From NCBI RefSeq assembly GCF_006345805.1, contig NC_043015.1:47492001-47556000 (forward strand): DNA of 64,000 nt. Reading direction: 5' to 3'. The position numbers and the translations under genes are program-made. Below, one piece after another: positions 24,724 to 38,761 of the stretch; position 1 is the first letter of the stretch, and every line of letters begins with the position of its first letter. This stretch comes from Octopus sinensis (lineage: Eukaryota). The notes beneath the pieces are model-generated. The model saw only the letters and a list, made by a program, of their open reading frames with translations, ran no database searches and was not told the DNA's origin.

Positions 24724-25033
24724 AATATATATATATGTGTATTATATATATATATATATATGTGTATATATATATATATATATGTGTATATATATATATA
24801 TATGTGTATATATATATATATATATATGTGTATATATATATATATATGTGTATATATATTATATATGTGTATATATATATATAATATGTGTATATATATA
24901 TATATATATGTGTATATATATATATATATATATGTGTATATATATATATATTATGTGTATATATATATATATGTGTATATATATATATATATTGTGTGTA
25001 TATATATATATATATATGTGTATTATATATATA

Positions 25034-25079
<46 letters not shown>

Positions 25080-25086
25080 ATATATG

Positions 25087-25121
<35 letters not shown>

Positions 25122-25136
25122 GTATATATAGATATA

Positions 25137-25217
<81 letters not shown>

Positions 25218-25264
25218 ATATTATATATATGTAATATATATATATGATATATATATATATGTAT

Positions 25265-25333
<69 letters not shown>

Positions 25334-25379
25334 ATATATATATATATATTATATATATATGTATTATATATATATATGT

Positions 25380-25457
<78 letters not shown>

Positions 25458-25458
25458 C
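24600..25458. repeat. ~860-bp compound (TA)n/(TATG) microsatellite inside SINE A 24385-25618
   Basis: Replaces the usual short central tract of family A. Confidence 0.95.
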
Positions 25459-26144
25459 GATGGGCTTCTTTCAGTTTCCGTCTACCAAATCTACTCACAA
25501 GGCTCTGGTCGGCTCGAGGCTATAGTAGAAGACACTTGCCCAAGGTGCCACGCAGTGGTACTGAACCCGGAACCATGTGGTTGGTAAGCAAGCTACTTAC
25601 CACACAGCCACTCCTACGTCTATATTCAATAACAATTTCAAAGCTTCCTTATCTTCTATCGATATTTCTATATTTCAAAGAGTAGCATGGTAAACATTTG
25701 AAAAAATTATTTCATAAAAGGAAAACTTACGGAAAAGGCCTTGGAAATAGAAGTTAACGAGGGAAAATGAAATTCAAAAAATTAGAAAAAGAAAAGAAGA
25801 AAAAAATAATTGCAATGAATTTCAATTTCTCAGTTTAAAAAATGGTTATTTTGAAACAAATATCTGCATTAGTTCATGATGATGATGATGATGGTGAACT
25901 AATAAAGATATTTACTCTTTTACTCTTTTACTTGTTTCAGTCATTTTGACTGCGGCCATGCTGGAGCACCGCCTTTAGTCGAGCAAATCGACCCTAGGAC
26001 TTATTCTTTGTAAGCCTAGTACTTATTCTATCGGTCTCTTTTGCCGAACCGCTAATTGACGGGTACGTAAACACACTAGCATCGGTTGTCAAGCAATGCT
26101 AGGGGGACAAACACAGACACACAAACACACACACACACACACAC

Positions 26145-26184
<40 letters not shown>

Positions 26185-26462
26185 TACGACAGGCTTCTTT
26201 CAGTTTCCGTCTACCAAATCCACTCACAAGGCATTGGTCAGCCCGGGGCTATAGCAGAAGACACTTGCCCAAGATGCCACGCAGTGGGACTGAACCCGGA
26301 ACCATGTGGTTGGTTAGCAAGCTACTTACCACACAGCCACTCCTGTTCCAAAATAACTATTTTTTTAAAGCAGGAAAATGAAATTTTAAAAAATTTGTAA
26401 GAAAAAGACAAAAAAGTTGCTAATAGTTTTAATTTATCAAATAACATGTCAAATTAACTTAC

Positions 26463-26690
26463 TTGTATTCTTCTACAAGTTTATAGATTTTCTGCTCACT
26501 GACTTTGCGTACATCTTCAAGATCAGCCTTATTTCCAATCAAAACAATATCTGGTTTGTCACAGTATGCATGCGTCTGTAGCTCGGTCAACCAACTCCGA
26601 ATATTTATAAATGATTTTTCATTTGTCAGATCGAATAAAACAAGAAAACCCATTGCATCACGAAAGAATGCTGTTGTTAAACTACGGTAC
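26463..26690 (-). CDS. RAB27: Rab27 coding exon
   Basis: Flanked by tttaatag|G and AA|gtaag. Translates (R)[27 protein letters not shown]...[10 protein letters not shown]...EEY(N). Confidence 0.96.
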
Positions 26691-26789
26691 CTATTAAAAA
26701 AGAAAATAATTTTATCAAAATAAATTACAAAAACTTAATGAATTTATTCTTTTCATCTCTATATCATAGAATACAATTTTTAAACATAT

Positions 26790-27180
26790 CATATGGAAGC
26801 ACTCCGTCGGTTATGACGATGAGGGTTCTGGTTGTTCCGAATCAACGGAACAGCCTGCTTGTGAAATTAACGTGTAAGTGGCTGAGCACTCCACAGACAC
26901 GTGCACCCTTAACGTAGTTCTCGGGGATATTCGGCATGACACAGAGAGTGACAAGGCCGGCCCCTTGAAATACAAGTACAACAGAAACAGGAAGTAAGAG
27001 TGAGAGAAAGTTGTGGTGAAAGAGTACAGCAGGGATCACCACCATCCCCTGCCGGAGCCTCGTGGAGCTTTTAGGTGTTTTCGCTCAATAAACACTCACA
27101 ACGCCCGGTCTGGGAATCGAAACCACGATCCTATGACCGCGTGTCTGCTGCCCTAACCACTGGGCCATTGCGCCTCCACA
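26790..27180 (-). mobile_element. tRNA-derived SINE family C; representative copy
   Basis: GGAGGCGCAATGGCCCAGTGGTTAGGG (A box) and GTTTCGATTCCC (B box). Related copies with different 3' halves at about 6855, 7585, 9010, 27490, 28855, 34390, 42283 and 58235. Confidence 0.88.
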
Positions 27181-27858
27181 CATATCATATAACTATGTAT
27201 TTACATCAGCCTCTCCCTGTCCCCAGCCCTTGAAGGATGGACATATCTGTTTCAAATTTTGGCACTAGGATAGCAATTTGGGGGGAGGAGGGAATTTGAT
27301 TACATTGACCCCAGTGCTCAGCTGGTACTTATTTTATCAACCCCAAAAGGATGAAAGGCAAAGTCGACCTTGGCGGAATTTGAACCCAGAACATAAAGAT
27401 GGATGAACTACTTCTAAGCATTTTGCTTGGCATGGTAATAAAGAAATATATATATATATATTATATATCACTGTGATCACCGTGACTGACCAGGCTATCA
27501 GATGTTGCTACACATCGCTGGTCACAATGCACTTCTCATTGTCTTAGCCTTCAAATGATGCCACCCTGCTGGCTAAGCGAGCAGGCCAACAGATGAAAGA
27601 GTGAGAGAAAGTTGTAGCGAAAGGGTACAGCAGGGATTGCCACCACCCCCTGCCAGAGCCTCATGGAGCTTTAGGTGTTTTCACTCAATAACCACTCACA
27701 ACGCCCAGTGAGGGAATCGAAATCGCGATTCCACAACCGCGAGTTCGCTGCCCTAACCACTGGGCCGGTGTGCCTTCATATATATATATATATATATATG
27801 TTGGTAACAAAAAAATATATACATATATTGGTAAAAAGATATATATATACACACACAC

Positions 27859-28121
27859 ATATTTCTAAGCCAATGAAATTCCAACAGTCTGATTTTCAGG
27901 TTTTATTATTTACAGTTTTTACAATTTTACAATATTAGAATACTAGAATATTATATATTTATTGTGATAAAACTAGTACTTTCATGCATAATGCAATCAT
28001 CAGGTTTATGTTGTAGTAGTAGTAGTGGTGGTGGTGGTGGTGGTGGTGGTGGTGGTAGTAGAAGCAGCAGCAGTAGTTTTAGTAGTAGTAGTAGTAGTAG
28101 TAGAAGCAGCAGTAGTAGTTT

Positions 28122-28160
<39 letters not shown>

Positions 28161-28507
28161 AAGCAGCAGTAGTAGTAGTTTTAGTAGTAGTAGTAGTAGC
28201 AGCAGCAGCAGTAGTAGTTTTAGTAGTAGTAGTAGTAGTAGTAGAAGCAGCAGTAGTAGTAGTTTTAGTAGTAGTAGTAGTAGTGTAGTAGTAGTAGTAG
28301 TAGTGACAGTCATGTTCCACAATTGACAGCTGTGGAATACTGCTGTCACTATTACTGCTACTATATAAACCTGATGATAGCATAACGCATGAAGGCACTA
28401 GTTTTATCACAATAAATATATAATATTCTATTATTACGATACTGTGAAATTTGTAAATAATAAAATGTGAAAATCAGATTAAGTTGGAATTTCATTGATT
28501 AAAATAT
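27859..28507. mobile_element. Foldback element with a (TAG/GGT/GCA)n expansion in one arm
   Basis: 27859-28013 is complementary to ~28355-28507; inner hairpin at ~28296-28350. Confidence 0.85.
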
Positions 28508-29145
28508 TCCTCTATACACAATCATACAAACTCAAATATATACATATGTATACATGTATATCATCATCATCACCATCATCGTCGTTTAACGTCCGTTTTC
28601 CATGCTGGCATGGGTTGGACGGTTCAACCAGGGTCTGGGAAGCCTGAAGGCTGCACCAGGCTCCAGTCTGATCTGGCAGTGTTTCTACAGCCGGATGTCC
28701 TTCCTAACACCATGATGATATATATGTATATATAATATTGTGATCTAGTTATATGTTTTAAAAAATATATTTTATTTTTTATTTATGATTTGGTTTATGT
28801 CTATCATTGTTTGAATTGCATAATAGTGGTTTTTCTCTAATTTATATATATATATGTGGAGGCGCAATGACCTAGTGGTTAGGGCAGCGGACTCGCGGTC
28901 GCAGGATTGGTTTCGATTCCCAGACCGGGCGTTGTGAGTGTTTATTGAGCAAAAACACCTAAAAGCTCCACGAGGCTCTGGCAGGGGGTGGTGATCCCTG
29001 CTGTACTCTTTCTCCCACTCTTTCTTTTGTTGGCCTGCTCGCTTAGCCAGCGGGGTGGCGTCATTCGAAGGCTAAAACAATGCAAACGCATTGTGACCAG
29101 CGATGTGTAACAACATCTGATGGTCTGTTCGGTCACATGATCGTG

Positions 29146-29188
<43 letters not shown>

Positions 29189-30673
29189 TATACATATAGC
29201 GGTGCCCCAGCAAAGCCACAGCTCGTGAAACTAGATAAAATAAAAAATAAAATAAATAAAAAACAGCAAATAAGGAAGTGGAGAGGCTATAAAATCGACA
29301 GACACCAGCTGGTAAACATTCCAGTATGTCTATTTATTCCAATGTATTAGATGAATCCACACACACATGTATTAGTGGTACAGATTATCTGGTAGAAAAA
29401 GTTGGTAATTGCATAAACAAAGGTGTGGGAGCCTATAAGCATATAGGAACAAGAGAGTAATTGAGCCAATGAGCAAAAACTCATTGTCGCTAAAACCAAA
29501 TGGGTATGTGGCTTTAGTGACAATCTGCTCATTTGCCCATTTGTTTCTATATGCTTATAGGCTCCCACTCTTTACTCTTTTACTTGTTTCAGTCATATGA
29601 CTGCGGCCATCCTGGAGCACCGCCTTTAATCGAGTAACTCGACCCCGGGACTTATTCTTTTGTAAGCCCAGTACTTATTCTATCGGTCTCTTTGGCCGAA
29701 CCGCTAAGTTACGGGGACATAAACACACCAGCAACGGTTGTCAAGCAATGCTAGGGGGACAAACACAGATGCACAAACACACACACGCATATATATATAT
29801 ATATATATACGACGGACTTCTTTCAGTTTCCGTCTACCGAATCCACTCACAAGGCTTTGGTCGGCCCGAGGCTATAGTAGAAGACACTTGTCCAAGGTGC
29901 CACGCAGTGGGACTGAACCCAGAACTGTGTGGTTGGTAAACAAGCTACTTACCACACAGCCACTCCTGCGCCTTATGCAATTACCAACTTTTTCTACTTG
30001 ATAATCTGTACCACTAATACATGTGTGTGTGGACTCATCCAATACATTTGAATAGTGGCTGTGTGGTAAGTAGCTTGTTTACCAACCACATGGTTCCGGG
30101 TTCAGTCCCACTGCGTGGAACCTTGGGCAAGTGTCTTCTACTATAGCCTTGGGCCAACCAAAGCCTTGTGAGTGGATTTGGTCGACAGAAACTGAAAGAA
30201 GCCCATTGTATATATATATATATATGTATGTGTATGTGTGTGTGTTTGTGTGTCTGTGTTTGTCCTCCTAGCATTGCTTGACAACCGATGCTGGTGTGTT
30301 TACGTCCCCGTTACTTAGCGGTTCGGCAAAAGAGACCGATAGAATAAGTACTGGGCTTACAAAAGAATAAGTCCCGGGGTCGATTTGCTCGACTAAAGGC
30401 GGTGCTCCAGCATGGCCACAGTCAAATGACTGAAACAAGTAAAAGAGTAAAAGGGTAATGTTTACCAGCTGGTGTCTGTTGATTTTGTGTCCTCTATGCT
30501 TTCTTATTTGCCATATAAATCAAGAGTAAACCACTCTTTACCCCTGCAAGAGTGCCATGCAATAACTAGCACTTGGTTATGAATAATTGGATACACTACC
30601 GGCAGTGTATTGGATAGGTACTATCCCTTAGTTGGTTTCTCAACCTCTAACTCACACACACACACATATATAT

Positions 30674-31420
30674 AAATTTAAATAAGTGGAAAATGGAGAA
30701 AACTTTTGATCAACAAACAAACAAATTGACCAGCATTGGTTGATTATTTTTTAATACAAAACATGACATAACATTTCTTACAGCCGTTTCCGCAACCAAT
30801 GTCAGTCGGTGCTTACGAAAGAAATTCCGAAAATAATATTCGCCATCTTCAATAGAACATTTGATCTAATATGTAGAGCTTCATCAGAGTGACCACAAAT
30901 GCATAAAATAAAATTAACGAAGTGAAGAGGGAAGAGGAAAGAACAGGGCCTCAAAATGAGGCCTGAAGGCTCAATATATTAAAATCATACCATCCTGCAC
31001 GGTGGAGCATGAAGCATACACACCCTGGTTCCCCTTTATAGAGAGGTACCCCATAAATATTTTCTCTAGATCACTGCTAGTTCACTCTTTTGCCTATCGA
31101 CTTCAAGCTCCATGCTGCAAGATGGTATGATTTTAATATATCGAGACTTCTGACCTCATCTTGAGGCCCTGTTCTTTCTTCTTTCCTCTTCCCTTCATTT
31201 ATTTTATTTTCGCATTTGTATTCACTCTGCGAATGTGCTATGAAGACAGCGAATATTATTTTCGGAATTTCTTTCATAAGCACTGACTGGTACATCGGTA
31301 TCGGAAACAGCTGTAAGAAATGTTATGTCATGTTTTGTATTAAAAAATAATCAACCAATGCTGGTCAATCTGTTTGTTTGTTGATCAAAAGTTTTCTCCA
31401 TTTTCTGCTTATTTAAATTT
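30674..31420. mobile_element. ~750-bp foldback element with ~330-bp arms
   Basis: 30674-31014 is complementary to 31101-31420. Confidence 0.85.
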
Positions 31421-32373
31421 GATTCCCGATAAACTTTTGTTTATTCCATTGTTACCTGTATCCTATGAGCATAGTGTGCTTGCATACCCATGCCCAGTGA
31501 TAGCATAGGTAAATGATACCGATAGAAGAAAAGGATACTATTATCCCTTAGACGGTTATTCCAACCGCTAACTCTGCTTACCTTATATATGTATGTATAT
31601 ACATAACCAGCCCGCTCATAAGTACCTTGGATAGTAGGGTGACATGCCATACTTGAGGAGACCTATTGAGTCAAGTACATCAACATCAAAATCAAATCAA
31701 ATTACAATCAAATGGAAATTGTAGTTGTGACCCCCGTGCTGGTGGCACGTAAAAAGCACCATCCAAACGTGGCCAATGCCAGTGCCGCTTTGACTGGCTT
31801 CCATGCCAATGGCACGTGAAAAGCACCATCCGATCGTGGTCGATGCCAGCTCCCCTGGCTCCTGTGCCAGTGGCATGTAAAAAGCACCCACTACACTCTT
31901 GGAGTGGTTGGCATTAGGAAGGGCATCCAGCTGTAGAAACACTGCCAGATCAGACAGGGGCCTGGTGCAGCCTCCTGGATTCCCAGACCCAGTTGAACCG
32001 TCCAACCCATGCCAGCATGGAAAACGGACATTAAACGATGATGATGATGATGATGATATATATATATATATATATACAAAGGGCTTCTTTGAGCTCATCT
32101 GCCAAATCCACTCACAAGTCTTTGGTCAGCTCAGGACTATAGAAGACACTCACCCAAAGAGCCCATCATTGAGACTGAACCAGAAACCATATGGCTAGGA
32201 AACAAACTCCTTACCACACTGCCACATCTCACAACAATCCCAGATTCCCAAACCCCTTGATGTTTGGCTGATTTGAAAACTAATGGAAAACTTGTAAACA
32301 TTAAACACTAATTGTTTCATAACTATGTCTTTTGATTAATTTATCTTCCTTCTAATTTATGCGAATAAATTAC

Positions 32374-32459
32374 CTTTCTTGGCCAGCAGTATCCCATAAC
32401 TGAAGATGAATTCTTTGACTTCGTCCCACAGTTCCATCAGCACTAGGTATCCGATGGAC
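32374..32459 (-). CDS. RAB27: Rab27 coding exon, 86 nt (switch II)
   Basis: Flanked by ttttag|GTC and AG|gtaa. Translates VHRIPSADGTVGRSQRIHLQLWDTAGQE(R), including the Rab27-specific insert before IHLQLWDTAGQE. Confidence 0.95.
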
Positions 32460-35118
32460 CTAAAATCCAAGATAAAAACATGCTGTATATTGCAAAAAAG
32501 AAAAAGTCTGGAAACCACAAACGTAAAATATTTCTAAACTGGAACTATTTGTCATTCTTAAGCAAGAATGTTGTTGAAAGTGACTTCAAAGCTTCAGCCA
32601 GCTAAGAATAATAAATTTGTACTCTGCAAAAGTATAGAGTAACCCAAGCGTCACCAACCTTTTGATAATGGAATGTCAAACCTAGCTTCCAAAAGCATTG
32701 CACGTACCAACCTCATATTACTAGTTTTATTAGTAGAGTTTATGCTTTTAAAACTCGCTATAACAGAAATCTATTTTATTAATATGTAGCGGCACAAGCA
32801 GTCAGCAACGTATTGGATGAGATCTTGCGGCAGCCAATGCCATCTCTGAGACTGGAGCGAGACCTCACTTGCATCCATTTGCCATGCGCGAGATCACAAC
32901 AAGGCTTGCAATGGCAAACTGTATATAAGGGCAAAACAGAAACACATTCACTCTCTCTCTCTCTGCCTCTTCAGAGCAGTGCTTGCTGAGCACACTTCAC
33001 TGGCTGGGCCTGTCTGCATGTTGTACCTACAGAGGCAATGTGCCTGCACTAATGGAGATACACAGCTCGAGATGGTTGCTGAGAGCAATGCACTTCACCT
33101 GTAAATTGCATTTGTACTTAAAGACTTTCTTCGCCTGCCGGAGCCTGATCTACACGAAGAACAAGATATAATGGGAGAAGGCAATGTTCTCCCGATATCG
33201 TAAACCTTGCCTTCCATTATAAATAATTTAATAATTCAAATTGCATGGAAACAAATATGATTTTATTTAAAAAATTTGAAAAATTTTTTCAAATTATAAA
33301 CAACAGAACAAAAATATATATTTCTTTACTACCCACAAGGGGCTAAACACAGAGGGGACAAACAAGGACAGACAAACGGATTAAGTTGATTACATCGACC
33401 CCAGTGCATAACTGGTGCTTAATTTATCGACCCCGAAAGGATGAAAGGCAAAGTCGACCTCGGTGGAATTTGAACCCAGAACGAACGGCAGACGAAATAC
33501 GGCTACGCATTTCGCCCGGCGTGCTAATGTTTCTGCCAGCTCATCGCAGAACAAAAACATAAACAAGTTATAAACAACAGTTACATAAACCTAAATTTCT
33601 ATAAATTAATGAGAACCTGTGATGAGTTACTCAGTAAACCATCAAATTAATATAAAATCGTTTTTATTATAACTGAACATACAACAAACATTAATCTAAG
33701 CTAGGACTAACAACTTAACAATAAAGCATCCGAGTAACAAAACTCCTAGATCATATAGATTTGATAGGAGCACAGTTTATAACGAGCCTACTCAGTGTCC
33801 ATAAATACTTAGGTTAAACCAAAGCATTTGACCCGAGCAAGAAAACAAAGGAGAAATAGTGACCCCAGCAAGTTTAGAGCAAGTTGTTTTACATCTATTA
33901 CACTATTCTACTTTTGTTTTTTTGCTCAGCTCAAACACTTTAGTTTAACCAATATTTATTTCTTTATTGCCCATGCGGGGGGCTAAATATAGAGGGGAAA
34001 AACAAGGACAGAGGGATTAAGTCGATTACATTGATCCTAGTGTGTAACTGGTACTTATTTAATCAACCCCAAAAGGATGAAAGGCAAAGTTGACCTCAGT
34101 GGAATTTGAACTCAGAAAGTAACGGCAGAAGAAATACCACTAGGTATTTCGCCTGGCATGCTAGCGATTCTGCCAGCTTGCCACCCTAAGTGCCCTCAGT
34201 GTCCATAAATATTAGCTTACCAACAACTAGAACAATGCTACAAACAATTAGCAAAAACTAAATGTGTATGTACAAGAGTTTCTGCAAGGTCTATGTGAGC
34301 ATATCTTTGACAGCCCTGGTATTTGAAGAACATGATGCTGGTTTCTATGTGGTTACTAGTCCTACGAGAAATGTTGTTTGTTCCTTGTCGAGCCACACCT
34401 GGCTCATAGGGCCAGTTTCCTAGTTTCCTTGGCATATAGGTTCCCCACCTGAACGGGACATTGGTCCGTCGCAGGTGGGAAAGAGTGCATTTGTGAGGTA
34501 GTTGCCGGGGGTCCAGCGCGGTAGGATCAGCGTTCCCCCAGAACTTGGTTACGTGACACCTAACTGAGTGAAGATGGCTGCTCTCAAGGCCACAGCAAGA
34601 CCCAGGAGGAAAGAGTGAGGGAAAGTTGTGGCGAAAGAGTCAGCAGAAGTTCGTCATCACCTTCTGCCAGAACCGTGTGGAGCTTAGGTGTTTCGCTCAT
34701 AAACACACACATCGCCCAGTCTGAGATTCGAACCGGCGATTCCTCGACTGCAAGTCCGCTGCTCTAACCACCAGGCCATGTGCCTCCACCCTACAAGAAA
34801 TAACAGGACCCAATACCCCAGAGAACTTTCTCAAGGTCCAATGTCTGCCTTGATATGGTTTCAATGGCTGGATGTCCTTCCAAATGCCAACCCCTTTGCC
34901 CAATATACTGGGAGCTTTTTTCATGGCACCATCACTAGTGAGGTTGCCAAGTAACTCGTAAATTGGCTTTAAATGTTCTAATAAAACAAGTTGTTTATTT
35001 CAGTTTTAAAAAGAAAGAAAATAAAATAAATTTACACTCTTGATTAAAATGCATAAACTCGTCAAGAAAAAACAGTGCCTGAGAATATAAATTAGTAATT
35101 GCAGTTTAATCAACTTAC

Positions 35119-35225
35119 AACTCGTTTTTCTCGGAAATCAATTCCTACTGTTGAAGTAAATTTGGAGACGAATGTATTATCTGTGTACTGATACAGAAAA
35201 CTTGTTTTGCCTACTCCAGAATCTC
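35119..35225 (-). CDS. RAB27: Rab27 coding exon (P-loop and switch I)
   Basis: Flanked by ttttcag|GA and GTT|gtaag. Translates (G)[35 protein letters not shown]. Confidence 0.95.
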
Positions 35226-36194
35226 CTGAAAACATAAATAGTGGCGTATACATGTAGGAATATATATATATTGGTGGTTAGGTAGAGGGTGAATATATCT
35301 GCTATAAAAAAATATTTAAAAAAAATTTGCTGTATCGCAGGAGTGGCTGTGTGGTAAGTAGCTTGCTTACCAACCACATGGTTCGAGGTTCAGTCCCACT
35401 GCGTGGCACCTTGGGCAAGTGTCTTCTGCTATAGCCTCAGGCCGACCAAAGCCTTGTGAGTGGATTTGGTAGACGGAAACTGAAAGAAGCCCGTCGTATA
35501 TATATGTATATATATATATGTTTGTGTGTCTGTGTTTGTCCCCCTAGCTTTGCTTGACAACCGATGCTGGTGTGTTTATGTCCCCGTCACTTAGTGGTTT
35601 GGCAAAAGAGACCGATAGAATAAGTACTGGGCTTACAAAAGAATAAGTCCCGGGGTCGAGTTGCTCGATTAAAGGCGGTGCTCCAGCATGGCCGCAGTGT
35701 ATATTTTCATTGAAGGTGAGGTGAAATGCACAGTTGTGCTAAGTGAGGTGGAGTGAAGAGAAGCAGGAGGAGAATGAATTAATGTGTAAGCACCACAAGA
35801 GAAGAGAAAGGGGGTGAGAAAGAAAGAAAGCAGACAATGAAGGGAAGACAAAGAGAGAAAGAGAAGCAAAAGGTGGGAGGGAGGAGAAAGAGAGTAAAAA
35901 AAACGAATGATGAACAATGTTTGGAGAAGTGAAAATTGCATTCACACACATATTGACAAAAATGCACGTATATACATATATACATATAATTACATCATGG
36001 GTGGTTGGCATAATAAAATTTGAAAAATTTTTTCAACTTCGAGTATGGTGCCTTTGAGATTTTCACTGCAAAAATCGATCATTGCTTAATATTTGATTAA
36101 AACTTCAAATCTAGGAAAAATGGAAAAAATTAACAAAAAAACTGTTCTCAATTAACTACAGTAATCTAATCAACACGTGCATACATATTCACAA

Positions 36195-36228
<34 letters not shown>

Positions 36229-36562
36229 CAAATGCTGAACCATTGAAAGTAAACAGAAATACCTCATGCTGAAAATTTTTTAAAACTATTTATTTCTTTC
36301 TTTTCTGTCTCACACAAGACTTTGGTGAAACCAGGACCACAGTCTCTTTTTTCAATTCCTTGAAACATCATCATCGTTTTAACATCCAGTTTTCCATGTT
36401 TGCATGGATCAGATTAGAATTTATTGAAGCAAATTTTCTAGGGTCAGAAAGTCATCAGGTAATATTTGCCTGTGGCCGCCATGTTTATGTAGAATATTGG
36501 AAATGAATGACACTGCTTATCTGATGGTAATATTCATTGTATGATGTGATGTCATCATGAAG

Positions 36563-36605
<43 letters not shown>

Positions 36606-37858
36606 GAGGCTGTATGGTTAGAAGTTTGCTTCCAAACCACATAATTCCGGAGTCAGTCCCACTGGGCAAGTGTTTTCTACAATCGCCCTGGCCTGACCAA
36701 AGCTCTGTGAGTGGATTTGGTAGACAGAAAATGAAAGAAGCTTATTCCATATATATATATATATATATATATCATCATCATTTAACATCCATTTTCCATG
36801 CGGGCATGTGTGTGACTTTGTGTCTGTGTTTGTCCCTCAACACCACTTGACAACTGGCGTTGGTATGTTTGCATCCACATAACTTAGCAGTTTGGCAAAA
36901 GAGACCAACGAAATAAGTACCAGGCTTAAACAATATAAGTACTAGGATTGATTCGTTCAACTAAAATACTTCTGGTCACTGTCTAATAACTGAAACAAGT
37001 AAAAGATAAAAGATATATATATATAATAATTATTATTTGAGGGAATATAAATCAAAACTTACAGGGGAAAAAATTCAATTTAGAAATACTAAATCAAATT
37101 TCACACAATATAATATATTTATAAAAAAATTAGAAAAAAAAACACCTTTTATCAATTCAAAATGAACAATTAAATTACACCATCTAGAAAATTACATATA
37201 ATAGAAATATTAATATATATATTATATACGTTTTTATTATTTTTTTTTTGTAATTTACTTAATCATTAATATTTTATTGTTATTTTAATTTTAATATTTC
37301 TATTATATGTAATTTTCTAGATGGTGTAATTTAATTGTTCATTTTGAATTGATGAAAGGTGTTTTTTTTCTAATTTTATATATATATGTGTAAATTAGAG
37401 AAAAACCACTATTATGTAATTCAAACAATGATAGATGTAAATTATACCATATAGAAAAAATAAAATATATGATAAAACATTTACCTAGATCACAATAAAG
37501 TACATAATAATAAACAGTATATAATTAATAAATAGACTACGTAAATTGAATCATTTTTGGATCGATTAAATTTAAATTTAATTGTAATTTGAATTGAAGA
37601 TATAGCCACGAAACGTACGTAGTCTATTTATTAATTAAATACTGTTTATTATTATATACTTTATTGTGATCCAGGTAAATGTTTTATCATATATTTTATT
37701 TTTTCTATATGGTATGATTTACGTCTATCATTGTTTGAATTACATAATAGTGGTTTTCCTCTAATTTATATATATATATATATATAATTATTTATATTGT
37801 GAAATTTGATTTAATACTAAATTGAATTTTTCCCTGTAAGTTTGGAGTTATACTCCTT

Positions 37859-37929
<71 letters not shown>

Positions 37930-38761
37930 CGTTAGGAAGGGCATCCTTGGCGTTAGGAAGAGCATCCAGCCGTAGAAACACTGCCAGATCTGACTGGGCC
38001 TGATGAAGCCTTCCAGCTTCACAGACCCCAGTTGAACCGTCCAGCCCATGCTAGCATGGAGAACGGACGCTAAATGATGATGATGATGATATATATACAG
38101 TGCACCAACAGGAAAGTGTTGAATAAGTAAACTGTAGAATATAATAAGGTGCATATTATGTACCTGATGGTAAAGCAACCTACAAAGGTGTTACTTATGG
38201 TTTTGGGCCCTTTTGCTATCTGTTAGCAAGCATCCACTGAGAAAATTTTTTGTCAGGGAATTGGTACTTTCTGTCAGTGGTACAGGCTCCAGCCAAAGGC
38301 TCATTGTACCAAAAGTGAGGTACTAACTGGAGTATCTGGTACAGACATAAATGTTACATGAAACTGAACAGCCACTTCATGCAAGTATTAAATCGTTAGC
38401 ATAAATTTAATCATCATCATCATCATTAATTAATGTCTGTTTTCCATGCTGGTATGGGTTGGATGATTTGAATGGGCCCAGCAAACCAGAGAGCTACATA
38501 AGGCTCCAATGTCTGCTTTGGTATGGTTTCTACAGCTGGATACTTTTCTTAATGCTGGGTTCTTTTTACATGGCACCAACACCAGTGAGGTCACCAAGTA
38601 ACTTGCAAAACAAGACCCCTGATTGAGGTAGTGACAGGGAGTAATATTGATGAAGGTGAGTTTTATGCCAGGTGATGAGAGGTTAATATAACTAAAATCT
38701 GCAATTTTCCAAATTATTCAGAAAGAAAATATGACAAGATGTTTTTTTTTTTCCAACATAC

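Noticed and set aside
24500-25685. Long ORFs rich in Y/I/C/V/M (also 49511-50099)
   Set aside because: They are translations of (TA)n/(TG)n microsatellites, which lack stop codons by composition.
27951-28410. Poly-S/T/V/L ORFs
   Set aside because: They are trinucleotide repeat translations inside a foldback element.
34505-34545. GC-rich hairpin GGGGG...CCCCC as an HDV-like ribozyme
   Set aside because: I could not build the nested double pseudoknot (no P2 partner or J4/2); it looks like a simple stem inside a SINE variant.
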